A stretch of DNA of 62,000 nt. Source: Wallemia ichthyophaga EXF-994. Lineage: Eukaryota; Fungi; Basidiomycota. Where the stretch lies: positions 144,001 to 206,000 of the forward strand of contig NW_008806284.1 in NCBI RefSeq assembly GCF_000400465.1. Direction: 5' to 3'. The first letter of the stretch is position 1, and every line of letters begins with the position of its first letter. Below are positions 1-11,850 of the stretch, one piece after another. Made by a program: the position numbers and the translations under genes. The notes beneath the pieces are model-generated. The model did no database searches. It saw nothing but the letters and a program-made list of their open reading frames with translations, and was not told the DNA's origin.

Positions 1-1359
1 TTCACTTGGCCAAGTCTGAGTGACTCTTTTGCTGGGACAATCGAGAGAGCTTCTTTATCGACAAACTCACCATCCTCCTTCTCAAGGTTGAAAATTTCAT
101 CCGGCTGGTACGACTTCAACCACTTACCAAGAACTGAGAATTCCTCATCATCTGATTTACACTTAGGAAGTGGAACTTGGTGGGAGTGGAAAGAGCCTTC
201 GAGAGGTGTGTTGTGGATTTGGCGTGGACCGGTGTAACCCTTTGGAGTTCTCAACACAATGAATGGGAAGCGAGGTTTTTCGATTGGGTTTCCAGATCTA
301 GCAGCGTGCTGAATTTTGCGGATCTCACCATAAGCCCATTCCATAGAAACAGCAAGATCGGCATTAACTCTGCGGTCTTTCTCCGTATGCTCCTCAAATG
401 AGCTAGCGAGCGGTCCGTACTCAACGAAACGGACCTGGTAGCCATATCCACTGTACAGTGCGACAAGCTCAAGATCGTCAGCCGCACCTGGAATGGTACG
501 TTCGCTAATTTTGTAACCGTTTACATGAAGAATAGGCAACACTGCACCTGATTCTGCCGGATCGATGAATTTGTGTGAGTGCAAACTAGCAGCCGTAGGC
601 CCTGTTTCAGATTCACCATCACCGATGACGCAAACTGCGATCATATCCGGCTTATCCATGATAGCGCCGAAAGAAACAGCAAGAGCATAGCCTAGCTCAC
701 CACCCTCGTGAATACTGCCTGGGACTTGTGCGGAAACGTGCGATGGGAAGGTACCGCCTGGGAAAGAGAAGCAGCGTGCGAAAGCTTCGAAGCCATCCTT
801 GTTCATGGTGTACTGAGGATAGAATTTAGTGATGGAGCCTTCCAAGAATAAGCTGGCGAGAATTGCAGGTGCACCGTGACCAGGGCCAGTGACGAAGATG
901 GATTTGAGATCGGTGCCTTCTTTCTCGCGGCGCTTGATAAGCGCGTTGGTGTGGGCGTAAACGAGGTTTAGGCCCGGGCAGGTACCAAAGTGACCAAGCA
1001 AGCGTGGCTTGATATCGTCCTTGCTAAGCTGGCGGCTGAGTAAGGTGTTGCTTTTTAAGAAAATCATGGAAACAGCGATGAAGTTGGCGCTGTGGGTAGT
1101 GTAAGCGTGAATTTAGCAGTGAATATGGAACTCACGCTCTCTGGAAAGCTATCAAGCCATTCAGATTCCAATCAGCCTCGTTCTTGAGTACTGAATCTAC
1201 ATTCAAATCAACAGCGAGCTTGCTAAGGTCCTTAGGTAGCTGCGATGGGCGAGGCTCTTCACCTCTGTTTTGGGCGTCGATGATATTATGTGTCATGAAT
1301 GTTTGGTGCAAGGAGCGATTGGTTGTATCCACACGGGGTGTAATCATTGATGACATCAT
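1..1359 (-). CDS. xfp: Xylulose-5-P/fructose-6-P phosphoketolase, 5' part (3' end runs off the window); intron ~1090-1135
   Basis: Manual translation gives PRLLGHFGTCPGLNLVYAH, GPGHGAPA, FSFPGG, HEGGELGY, GDGESETGP (TPP motif), LPILHVNGYKI and LRTPKGYTGP, all typical of XFP. First in-frame ATG is at 1359 (alternatives 1356, 1347). Confidence 0.95.
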
Positions 1360-1373
1360 ACAAATAAACAAAT

Positions 1374-2702
1374 CTACAAACTCAGAGTCATCTTGGCTTG
1401 ACGAGCTGCTTCTCCCTCCTCATCTGTCCAGCAGACGTATGCTGGAATCTTGCTTGTGTCGTTGCTGAGTGCAAATGCACCGTCTGCTTCTCTATCGCCC
1501 GCCTGTTCATTGAGCGAGTCGACGACAGATACGCCGAACACACTAAGTCTATCCGCGACATCTTTCCTCAACCTTGCTGACTTCTCTCCGATGCCACCGC
1601 TAAAGACCAGCGCATCGATCGCCTTCTTTGGGTGAGTCCCGAAGGACAGTTTCTGTAGATACGCGAGAAGATACTGTGTGAGTCTGTCCAAATAAACAGC
1701 ATATGCCAGAGCGAAAGCATTTGGCATTTCCTCTTGATACCATGGTTTCCAGCATTCAGCATCCGCTTCTGGAATTTCCTCTAAAATTTTCCCGAAGTTG
1801 GACGTACCGCACAAGCCGACGAATCCACCTTGCTTATTCATGACATACTCACCTCTCGATACGCGCATGCCATTAACGTCGACAGTCTCTGCGACGTCGC
1901 GAATCAAGTGGAAGATAAGTGTAGGGTCGATCGAACCTGTTCTGCTCCCACCCGGCAGACCTGCTTTATGTCAGAAAACACCACTAATACACTTCAACAC
2001 ACCTTCCAGTGGTGTCAGACCCATCGTTGTGTCGACTGAGATGCCATTCTTGATCGCGCACGCACTACCTCCACTGCCTAGATGTGCGACGACAATACTG
2101 GTCTCTGTTTCCTTTTTACCTAGCTTGGATGCCACTGACCGGAGTATACTGTGGTAGGACAGACCGTGCGCGCCGTACTTCTGCAGCGGAATGCGTGGCT
2201 CGTGGTCCGGCTTGCCGATCGCATACTTGCGCACTGCTTCCGGTAGAGTGCGATGGAAAAGCGTGTCGAACACTATCACCGCTGGCGATGCAGGCAAATG
2301 CTCAAGAACAGCCTCGAGCGCCATCAGTGCTGGTTTGTTGTGCAAAGGGGCAAACGCGCTGATTCTGTCGAGGTCCTTGAGTTTGTCGGAGTGCTCCTGC
2401 GTCACTACGATTGGCTTGTCGATGTCGCCCCCGTGTACAACTCTATGTGACGTAGCGGTGATGTCGTTCGGTTGCAGCTCGAGTGCACGGAAAACCTTAT
2501 CAAGAAGCGTCTTGAAGACATCGTTGTAGGCTGTGCCTTTGCTAATGCTCTCGGAGACGTTCGCTCCGCTGCCGCTGATCTTGATCATGGGCTCCTCAGA
2601 AATGTTCGACGCTCCACCGGATGCGAGTGGCGTGAGGTCTGTGCTGAAGAGCTTGAATTTAATACTTGAGCTCCCACAATTAAATGCGATAATTTTTGTC
2701 AT
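1374..2702 (-). CDS. ackA: Acetate kinase (one intron near 1960-2000)
   Basis: N-terminal FNCGSSSIKF, HRVVHGG, APLHN, FDTLFH, HLGSG, TTMGLTPLEG|LPGGSRTGSIDP, and FSGGIGEKS. Confidence 0.96.
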
Positions 2703-2924
2703 GATTGTTGAGCACGAACAACTTTATCCATCAAATGACATCATCTGGGAGTACTGGTCAGGATCTCTATTTTTAACCACAGTCGATAGAGTCAATTGTG
2801 TAAGAGCTATTATAAATAACCGAAAGCATCTATTCTCGCATTCTGAGCGATGAAAATTTCATCTTGTTGCTTGTCTCAGCGACTTCCACCGTGCTAAAAC
2901 GCGTTATTACAAGAAAAATATTCA

Positions 2925-5531
2925 TTACCACATTCTACACTGCTCCTCTAATGGCGGATTCATGATACTCCCCTGGGTGCAACCGAAAGCCTTTGCGAAT
3001 TCAGGTGTGTTGCGAAGTGTACCATCGACTCTCCATCTGTTATTGTTACGTGAGTCAGTATTCACGCCAGTCATATCTCAGTACTCACTTAGTTGGTGCG
3101 TGCGGATCCGTCTTGATACGCTTGAGGTTCTCTTCCAAGCGTGTCTTGCGCGCCCAGCCTCTAGCAAACGAGATAAAGAATAACTGTTCGTCGGTAAATT
3201 TGAGTCCTGGAAGTTTGGCAGATTCTTCAATCTCCTCTGCGTGCTTCCACGCGTTGTATGCCTGCACTAATCCCAGATCCCCTATAGCCTCGCCAATCAC
3301 GAAACGTCCGTTAACGTTGAGGTCCTTGCCATCGGGTCCTGGTACGGTGAACTGGTTGTATTGATTGATGATACACTCAGCTCTTTCTTCGAATGCCTTG
3401 ACTGTTTCGTCACTCCACCATGAACCATCGAAGATTAGTCTGCCGTCTGCTTCGTACTGACGTCCAGCTTGGTCAAAGGCATGACACAGCTCGTGCGCTG
3501 CTACACTGCCTGCTGATCCGTAATTAAGAACCTGCGGCCAATCCGCCTTGAAGAATGGTGGCTGGAGTATCCCAGCTGGGAAAACTATCTCGTTCTTTGA
3601 TGGCTGGTAGTAGGCATTGACTTCAGTTGGAAACATATCCCATTCGCCTTCGGCGACCTTACCTGCTTTCTGGAAGAGTCTGGCTGCGTCAGCTTCTTTA
3701 GCTCTCAGAGTGTTGCCGAACCAATCATCCTCAGTGATTTCGTTCATGTCGTAGTATCTGGCTAGATCAGTGGGGTCTGAAGTATTTGGATGGGCGGTTG
3801 GGTATCCGATCTTCTTGTTGTCGTGTAGTACTCTGGCTTTGTTAGCTGCCGCATCGACTGTCTTGTTATCCAACCATCCAAGACTTGGTAAGCGATTGAT
3901 GAACGCATCGATGATCCCATCTACTACTCCTTCAAAATTAGTCTTGCTCTCACCTGGGAAAGCTTCGAGGACAAATGGTCTGCCGGCTAAGAAACCAACT
4001 TGATCGACCACTCCGTTCAAGCAGTCGAGATCAATATCCTTCTCAGCCTTTGGGTCGGTGCCGCTCATTTTCGCTGTGAAATCATTAACTATCTTGGCCA
4101 TGTGGGTCTTTGGACTAAGTGAGGAGCCCAAATTGAGAACGATTCTGAGGAGGAAGTAAGTTTCGAGCGTGGCATCGTCGACTTCAAGGACACTGAAAGT
4201 ATGTTTAAGAACTAAGTCCTTTCATAAACCCCAACACACCTTGCTAAATCCTCAAAGTAGCTTGGGTTTGCTACGATAACTGGCTCTACTATAGAGTCGT
4301 CGTCACTTGTACCTTGCAGGGCAAAAAATTCATTCCAATATACGTATGGAGCAAGCTCAGAGAGCTCAGTTATGGTCTTGGGGTTGTACGTCTTGAGAGG
4401 GTTAGCTGAGTCAACCTGGCTCCAAGAGATTCTTGCGAGGTCTTGTTCAAATCTAGCGACATCGTTGGCTTTTCTCCTGAAGTAGCGTGTTGGGAGCTTA
4501 GGAGGTTTGTGATGTTTATTTTTTTTGCTCTTTTTGCTTTCCGTGATACCCTTGCTGTGAAAATCTCTTTCGTGAACAGCAACCAATATCTGATAAGTGA
4601 TTTCAGCGATAAGGTTTACATTGGCGTAGTCCTCATAGTAGTCTTTGTCGGGAAGTGATAAGGCATCGCTTTGAGATAGAACAAGTACCTGTCGGCTTGG
4701 ATCCTTGCCTACGTCGCCATCCAGTGAGAAAGAGAACAAACCGCCGATGTTCATAGATTGTAAAAAGGCGGTTGCATGAGTCAGCATGGTTTTGCGATAA
4801 TCGCCCTTCACCATGTGCCTTTGATGGATCACAGATTCGAAGTCGTCGAGTACATCGAGGATAGGCTCAGCGCCAAGCTTGTCTTGAACCTTAGTGTTAG
4901 TGCAAGAGTCGTAGAGAGTCTTGATAGATTTTAAGTTTTCTTTGTCTTGAGGAGAGTATTCTTGCGTGCCGACGTTATCAAAGACTGCTGATTTGACAGT
5001 TTGGATATTCCTATCGCCGAGCTCGTTGAATATGGAGTAAACGCTCTTTGAAGGTGGGATAGGGTGAGAATTAAGCCAGCCGCCATTAGCGTAATCGTAG
5101 AAAGAGTCGCATGGATCGATGGAAGTATCGACAGACTCGAGGATATCTTTTGCAGCTCTGAAGCAAGATCTGGTGAGGCAGAAATTGGATGACTACGATT
5201 GTTAGTGGGAAATAATTTATAAAGTGTTTGTGCTTACTGGTGGTTGTTCTGGCCGCTTAGGAGGATGCGTGGGTTGTGGTTTGCCAGGTTGTATGACAGT
5301 GACAGTCTCTTTAGATTCCTGCGCTCTCTTGTAATTAACTTCAGCGCCTGCAAATAAACCAACGAAAACGCTCATCAATACAACGAGCCCAACGATGACA
5401 GCGATGAGGATTCTATTCAGCTTTGAAATATTCTTTGGTGGCCCTAGTTCCTCTTTACGACGTCCATTCAGCAGTAGTGGCTCCCTTTCAAGTATCCCTG
5501 ACTGCCTCCTTGAATTTGAATGTGAGTTCAT
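2925..5531 (-). CDS. M13 (neprilysin/ECE-like) zinc metallopeptidase, type II membrane protein, multi-exon
   Basis: N-terminal TM segment (ILIAVIVGLVVLMSVFVGLF), IDPCDSFYDYANGGW, VNAYY, PAGILQPPF, HELCH zinc motif, GEAIGD, TDPHAP; the C-terminal exon ends CRMW*. Start codon is approximate. Confidence 0.9.
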
Positions 5532-5774
5532 GGTGGTCGTAAGCCAAGACGTCACCGCCAGCCAGATAAGGTGAGATTTGATGTTCAGGCTATATTTGAG
5601 AGGCAGAAATGATCATAAAATTGAGCCCAGTTCAATGACGTTTTCGGATTGTAAATATCTCCTGTCGATCACCCGTCGTCATCAAAATTTTCATGGACTA
5701 TACATACAGTCTTTCTAGGATTATTACATCTTTCAAAGCAACAATCATCATCTAAAGAAATACCTGGAAGATAT

Positions 5775-7136
5775 ATGCAGTTGAAATACCTCATCACACT
5801 CGCAACCCTTGCGGCTTTTGCCTCTGCGAATTTGGTTCCGCACAACGTCGCTTACACGAAGAGATCTCCACAATACGAGTACGATACAGCGGCGTAAGTG
5901 GGTAATATTGAGACGATACAATCTAACACGCCTCAGACCATCTCCAGATTCACCTTCGCCATCACCAGCAGGTCCTGGAGACGATATCGCAATTTGTGTT
6001 AATAGTGAGTGAAATAATCACAGTTTGATAGCCAACAAAATTTATACATAGACTGCGACTCTAACGCTTACAAGAACAATGGAATTAATGGTAGTGGCGG
6101 TGGTATTGGCGCTGCCGGTGATTATAACGCTGGTGGCGATAATCCTGGTGGCAACAATCCTGGCAACGACAACAACGAAAATTCTCCCAACATCGGTGAC
6201 GACGACGCCAACGACAACAACAACAGAAACGATACTGCTCCATCGCCAACTACAAAGTACGTCGTCGTTGCACCTTCTCAGGGCGTTCTTCGCTTCGTTC
6301 CCTTTGCCATGCAAGCCGATGTCGGTGACAAAATTCAATTTACTTGGATGGCAAACAACCACGGAGTAACCAAATCTTCAATGACTGGTCTCTGTAACGC
6401 CACAGAGGATAAGCCATTCAAATCTCCTGTACAGAACGCAACCACTACGTTTGAGATTACTGTCGATACCACCGACCCAATGTTTTACTATTGCCCAGTT
6501 GGAAATGTGGGAAAGATTAATCATTATAATTAACACTGACAGTACATATAGCACTGTGCATCTGGTATGTACGGTATGATCAATCCACCAATGGCACCAG
6601 CCAACTTGTCAAACGTTGGTAATGCTATGAGTGATTGGGAGAAGGTCAGAGAGTAGCTCTGTGCCACTTCAACACCCTCTAACATCTCACTAGGACTCCA
6701 AGAATGCCATTATTATGAAGAACGCCGGTAATTTGATGAAGGATGCCAACATGACCACCGAGCAACTAAACTGGGGAAGCAACTGGATGGACATCGCGAG
6801 TGACAAAGATCAGTTGTCTTTGCTTATCGAGAATATTATGTGAGTAGTTGTATAATCAGAATTAACCCTCTGAAAATCGCAGCACCACGCGTCTCGCTAT
6901 TGCTTTGAATCCAGGCTGGACACCTGGAGCTGAGATTGATACTGGCAAGTTTAATACACCACCAGATATGAATACGCTTGCAGAGTCCAACACCGACGAC
7001 GATGAGACTGACGATGATCCTACTACTGATTCGAAAGACGGAGGTAGCTCAAATGACTCTGGATGCATCAGAAAGGAAGCCCAGATTACCAGTCTTATTT
7101 TCAGTTTAATTGCGGTTTTCGCATGTGTTCTTTAAG
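5775..7136 (+). CDS. Secreted, probably GPI-anchored cupredoxin-like protein (multi-exon)
   Basis: Signal peptide MQLKYLITLATLAAFASA, Asn/Gly/Asp-rich linker, GDKIQFTW..NHGVT and YYCPVGN|HCASGM (cupredoxin-type pattern), acidic linker, C-terminal hydrophobic tail. Confidence 0.75.
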
Positions 7137-8589
7137 TTTAATGAATACTCTTTTCAATATTTACATCTACGCGGTCAGGTTTAAATGCCAGGATGGCCTG
7201 AATAACGGTCGTGGATGTTAAATGTCAATAGTACCTGGGTCTTTATGTGCTAAATGAGCTGATCTGGTAAATTTCACATGCAATTGTTATCCTCTTAAGA
7301 TGTGTAGGACTGAACATGTTTCAGATAAGGGCATCAAACTGCAAAGAAGGTGGCTAAGCTGAAGAATACAAATTGCTGAAAAACCTACAGACAGAAACAC
7401 CCTTGCTTAGCTGTATATGCGCATTTGTACTTCATCCAGCACACATCTCCTTATCGACAAAGCGGTGCGAAGGAAACTACCAAACTTAGAGAACTGAAAA
7501 CCAAATTATAGCACACAGGTAATTAACTCGATATTCGTTTTATTCGCCTTTTCACCACAATCCACCGGGCTTAATACTTTAATGTTAGTCCAATCCCAAA
7601 CTTGATGTATATCCCAAGTAATCCTCATGGAGAAGTTTTCGCTAAAGTGGATTAACAATCTCATTAGCGACAGATACTCGTTAAGAATTGATAGATCTTG
7701 CGGTTCAGGGTATTATCCGCTTGTGCCAAGTTGGCAGAATAACCAAAAGACCCACTTCTCTTTCAGGCGTGGAAGAGTCATGTGTTCGAATCAAGGTGGT
7801 CGTAAATATTGCTGAATCAACTTTCTGATGATAAACTACGCGTCTTCCACCCTGCGTGCATCCGTGATCACCAAAGCAATCGCCGATGTTTGGAACTTCT
7901 ATCTGACGAATGTGTGGTTGGATCTAGTCAGGCGTGATCAACTGACTGAGTGTCTGCTGAAGTTAACAACATCATAAAGGAACACCACCGCAGTGATTGT
8001 CCCCCCCACTTCGACCGCCCATCCTGCCGACAAACACGCACTCGATTATGTCGCTGGCGTCATAAGCGTACAAACAGAAGAGACAAGACGCTTGCGACCA
8101 TCTCTATGCGTTTAAAATCAACAAAAATCGCTAATAACCTCATATTTGACATTCGATATCTGAGTGACATCATGTCGTCCACCCACATTATCGCCGAATC
8201 GCTTATCCTGATGGTCCGGTAAGGAATTCCTGATGTCACATCAGGATGTCCTTTGATTGCAGATAAAGTTGCTCTGACTATCCCACTTTCTTCGCGTCCC
8301 TATGTGGTTCGCAGGAATGCATAACAGCATGCCTGAGATATAGGAATGTTGGTTGTGATACTCCTCTTTAAATGTTACTGCATGAAAAGATTATATCCCA
8401 TCTTCAAGAAGGCCTTTTCTTTTAATGTGGATAAAATAAATAACCGTAACAGCTTTATACGGAGTAAATGAATCTCACACGGATTTCACTGCTTGATGGA
8501 CTATCGAAGACAATCTAAATAGCCTGCCTTGTCCAGGATTCGAACAAAGGTCGTACAGGTCCTCGCCTCAAAACAAAAGGCAAAAAATG

Positions 8590-8671
8590 TTCGCGTACCG
8601 GGAATCGAACCCGGCTCTTCGGTGGTCTTTCAAGTGAAAAACCGATATGATAACCACTACACCATACACGA
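8590..8671 (-). tRNA. tRNA-Glu(UUC) with a 10-nt intron (CTTGAAAGAC) after position 37
   Basis: Acceptor stem TCGTGTA/TACGCGA, D-loop AGTGG, anticodon stem TCGGT/ACCGA around TT-TTC-A, T-arm CCGGG-TTCGATT-CCCGG, T6 terminator just downstream; 82 nt = 72 + 10. Confidence 0.93.
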
Positions 8672-9620
8672 CTGATACTTTTGCTTCACCAAAAAAATAC
8701 TTAACTTCAAGATTGACAGAAATCAAAGCGTACTTATTGCAAATTTTCATGGCTTGTTAGTCTTTATTAGTATAAGCGAAACAGCACAAGAATGCCTTTA
8801 ATTTCCGGCAAGACTGACTCATCGATTGTTTCTCAAAGCCTAAATAATCATTCGAGTAGCAATAGTAAACTGGCCACTTTGTGCGTTTGTAGGGGATTGA
8901 GGATGGTCCCGATCTGCGCGAACACATCCAACTATGATCCAGTCGAAACCAACACTGCCCTATCATTCGTAGCTCACAACTTGAGACGAAAGAATTAATC
9001 AACATGGTGGGTGCGTAGGAATGACGTGGTGGACTACCTAAGAAGTCGTGCATATTGTCGGTGTTAAGTGACTTGGACCTGTTTTGATATCAGCAGACCG
9101 AGCCGAGAAGCATTGTATTGCCGGTGCTAGTGTTTGGCAGGAATACTCAGCGGAAGAAGGTGAAAGGTGCCGATACGCAAATAGTGCACGCCAGTATCGG
9201 CAAAGGTGGTATTCGAATTGTTAGCCGTGAGTGTGCTGCTGAATAGTTCCTGAGAGATAGGGCGATGAACGTGTATGGTGAGGGTGCAGGTGACAAGGGT
9301 GATGAGACGATAGGGTGGTAAAGTGTAAATGCAGCTATTCACATGCATTGAACGAACTTGCAATGGATATTCTTTCACCAAAAATAGAGCAGTGTTAATC
9401 AGTTACCACCGGCTACGTATCGTAAGCAGTTACTGCTGATCGAGTAGTGAGACATTCCGATAAACAAAGCACAGGAATCAAATTGATTGAATCGGAAAAT
9501 ATATCGGAGTCGGCATCATGCACTGTGAATGTATCGAGATATCGAAATATCCAGGTACACAGTCGTGTGGATGCGGACAGGGATTTTAGAGAGGTTGTGC
9601 ACTGTTCGCTGGAGTGCTAT

Positions 9621-9650
9621 AATGCTCCAATGCTCCAATGCTCCAATGCT
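9621..9650. repeat. Tandem 8-mer (AATGCTCC)x3.75
   Basis: Directly visible: aatgctcc aatgctcc aatgctcc aatgct. Confidence 0.9.
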
Positions 9651-10191
9651 AAAAATGATAGCCAGCGTAATCACCACTCTGTGCGGATTGGAGGATGCAA
9701 TATTGAGTGCTAGCGTCAGCTGCTGAGCTTAAGCAAGCCTGAACAACCCGCCAAGTGATAAAGGGCTATTTTTAGTTTATTTTACAAGATGATTCATTGG
9801 GGTTTGAATATGTTTAAGAGGGTGGAGGGGTGCATGGGCCTCTAAATGGGCCTCTGCGAATGAAATGTCGAATAATTATTGTGCCAGTGAGATATATTCA
9901 CGCGTTAGCGCGTTTACGTATTCGCGTTTCAACTCGCGCTCGTTCCGTTCTTGAAAAATCTTCAAACAGGGCGAGGAGGGGAGTGAATTGGAGTGATATA
10001 CGAGATATTCACAGAAAACGCACAAAGCCAGCTTATTTTTGGCATTTTTTTCCTTTATTTTAGGTTCCCGCAGCAGAAAACGTAAATGGGGACTGGCGGA
10101 CGTTCTTCTCTCTTTAACACGAACTACGAGGAAGTGAGTTTTGCGTGTTTCTACCGTGAGAGCAGAACTGACGCGTAATAGAAGTAGAAAA

Positions 10192-11741
10192 ATGTCTTTG
10201 AACACATCAAACACGTCGTCGATCAAGCGCCAACCATCTGCAACCGACTTCAAGTCAGCTACTACAAATGTATCTTCACGCTCCATGAAGCAGGAATTAG
10301 ATAATCTTGTTCAAGTGAGTGGGTTAGGGAGCGTACAAAGCATTCTAACGCGCCCCTTCAGTCAGTTGAAGACCCAACAAAGAAAAAGCAATTCAAGGCT
10401 GAAATGGATGGCTTCTACAACCTTTTTAACCGCTTCCTCGATGAGAAGGCTAGAGGTGAGAAGATCCAATGGGACAAAATCAGACCACCAGCAGCAGAGC
10501 AAGTAAGACCATACTCAGACCTTCCAAAAGCCAGCGACCACTCAATTCTCGATAAATTGGCTGTGTTGAAGCTTAACGGTGGCTTGGGTACTACCATGGG
10601 TTGCGTCGGGCCAAAATCCATCATCGAAGTGAGAGACGGTATGACTTTCTTGGATTTGTCAGTGAGACAAATCGAGCATCTCAACTCAGCTTACAACGTC
10701 AACGTCCCATTCATCTTGATGAATTCGTTCAACACTCACGAAGACACCAAGCGTCTTATCCAAAAGTATGAAGACCACAACATCCAGATTCTCACTTTCA
10801 ACCAATCATGCTACCCAAGATTCGGCAGAGAGAGTCTTCTCCCAACTGCCAGAGATTTGGACTCACCAAAGGACAACTGGTACCCACCAGGACACGGAGA
10901 TATCTTTGAGGCACTCTACAACTCCGGTTTGCTCGATGAGCTTATCAACGCAGGCAAGGAGTATATATTCGTATCAAACGTAGACAATTTGGGTGCTGTT
11001 GTCGATCTCAACATCTACCAACACATGATCGACTCACAAGCCGAGTACTTTATGGAGGTTACTGACAAGACCAAGGCGGATGTGAAAGGTGGTACCATCA
11101 TCGATTACGAAGGACAAGCGCGTCTGTTGGAGGTTGCGCAAGTGCCAAAGGAGCACGTCGAGGAGTTCAAGAGTATCAGCAAGTTCAAGATATTCAACAC
11201 GAACAACTTGTGGATGAACCTGAAGGCAATCAAGAGAGTTGTAGAGAACAACCAGTTGAGCTTGGAGGTGATTATTAACAACAAGGCACTCGATAATGGT
11301 ACACCGGTTATTCAGCTGGAAACAGCTGTCGGAGCAGCTATTAAGCACTTCAAGGGCGCAGCTGGTATCAACGTACCTAGATCAAGATTCTTGCCTGTCA
11401 AGTCTTGCTCTGACTTGCTCCTCATCACATCAGACCTCTTCAGCTTGGAGCATGGTGTGCTGAAGCGCAACCCTAAGAGAGTGTTCGATACCACACCAGT
11501 TATCAAGCTCGGAGATACTTTCAAGAAGGTGGCTAACTTCCAGGGTAGATTTAAGTCTATCCCGAATGTGTTGGAGCTCGACCACTTGACTGTGTCTGGA
11601 GATGTTGTCTTTGGAAAGAATGTGGTGCTCAAGGGCTCGGTTATTATCGTTGCAAATGAGGGCAACAGGATTATCCTCCCAGACAACTCAGTGATTGAGA
11701 ACAAGCTGGTGACTGGTAACCTTGCCATTATCGACCACTAG
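10192..11741 (+). CDS. UGP1: UTP-glucose-1-phosphate uridylyltransferase (intron 10315-10361)
   Basis: [49 protein letters not shown]; the spliced N-terminus (MSLNTSN...ELDNLVQ|SVEDP) stays in frame. Confidence 0.97.
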
Positions 11742-11850
11742 AGAGGTTATTTATAAGACACAATATTCCCAGTACATCCTAATTGATTTTTACATTTCAG
11801 ACTGCTTTGGTAGGTGTGGATGATTGCATATTGCATTAAAATAATTGCCT

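Noticed and set aside
7826-7890. Possible C/D snoRNA (TGATGA ... CTGA)
   Set aside because: Imperfect C-box context, no convincing terminal stem and no rRNA guide recognisable by eye; needs snoscan.
8590-8671. Idea that tRNA-Glu specifies the substrate of the DUF2156 transferase
   Set aside because: They are about 16 kb and many genes apart; tRNA genes are scattered in fungal genomes.
9095-9115. GCTTCTCGGC on the minus strand resembling the U2 snRNA 5' end
   Set aside because: The match stops after about 10 nt; the branch-site recognition sequence GTGTAGTA and an Sm site are absent.
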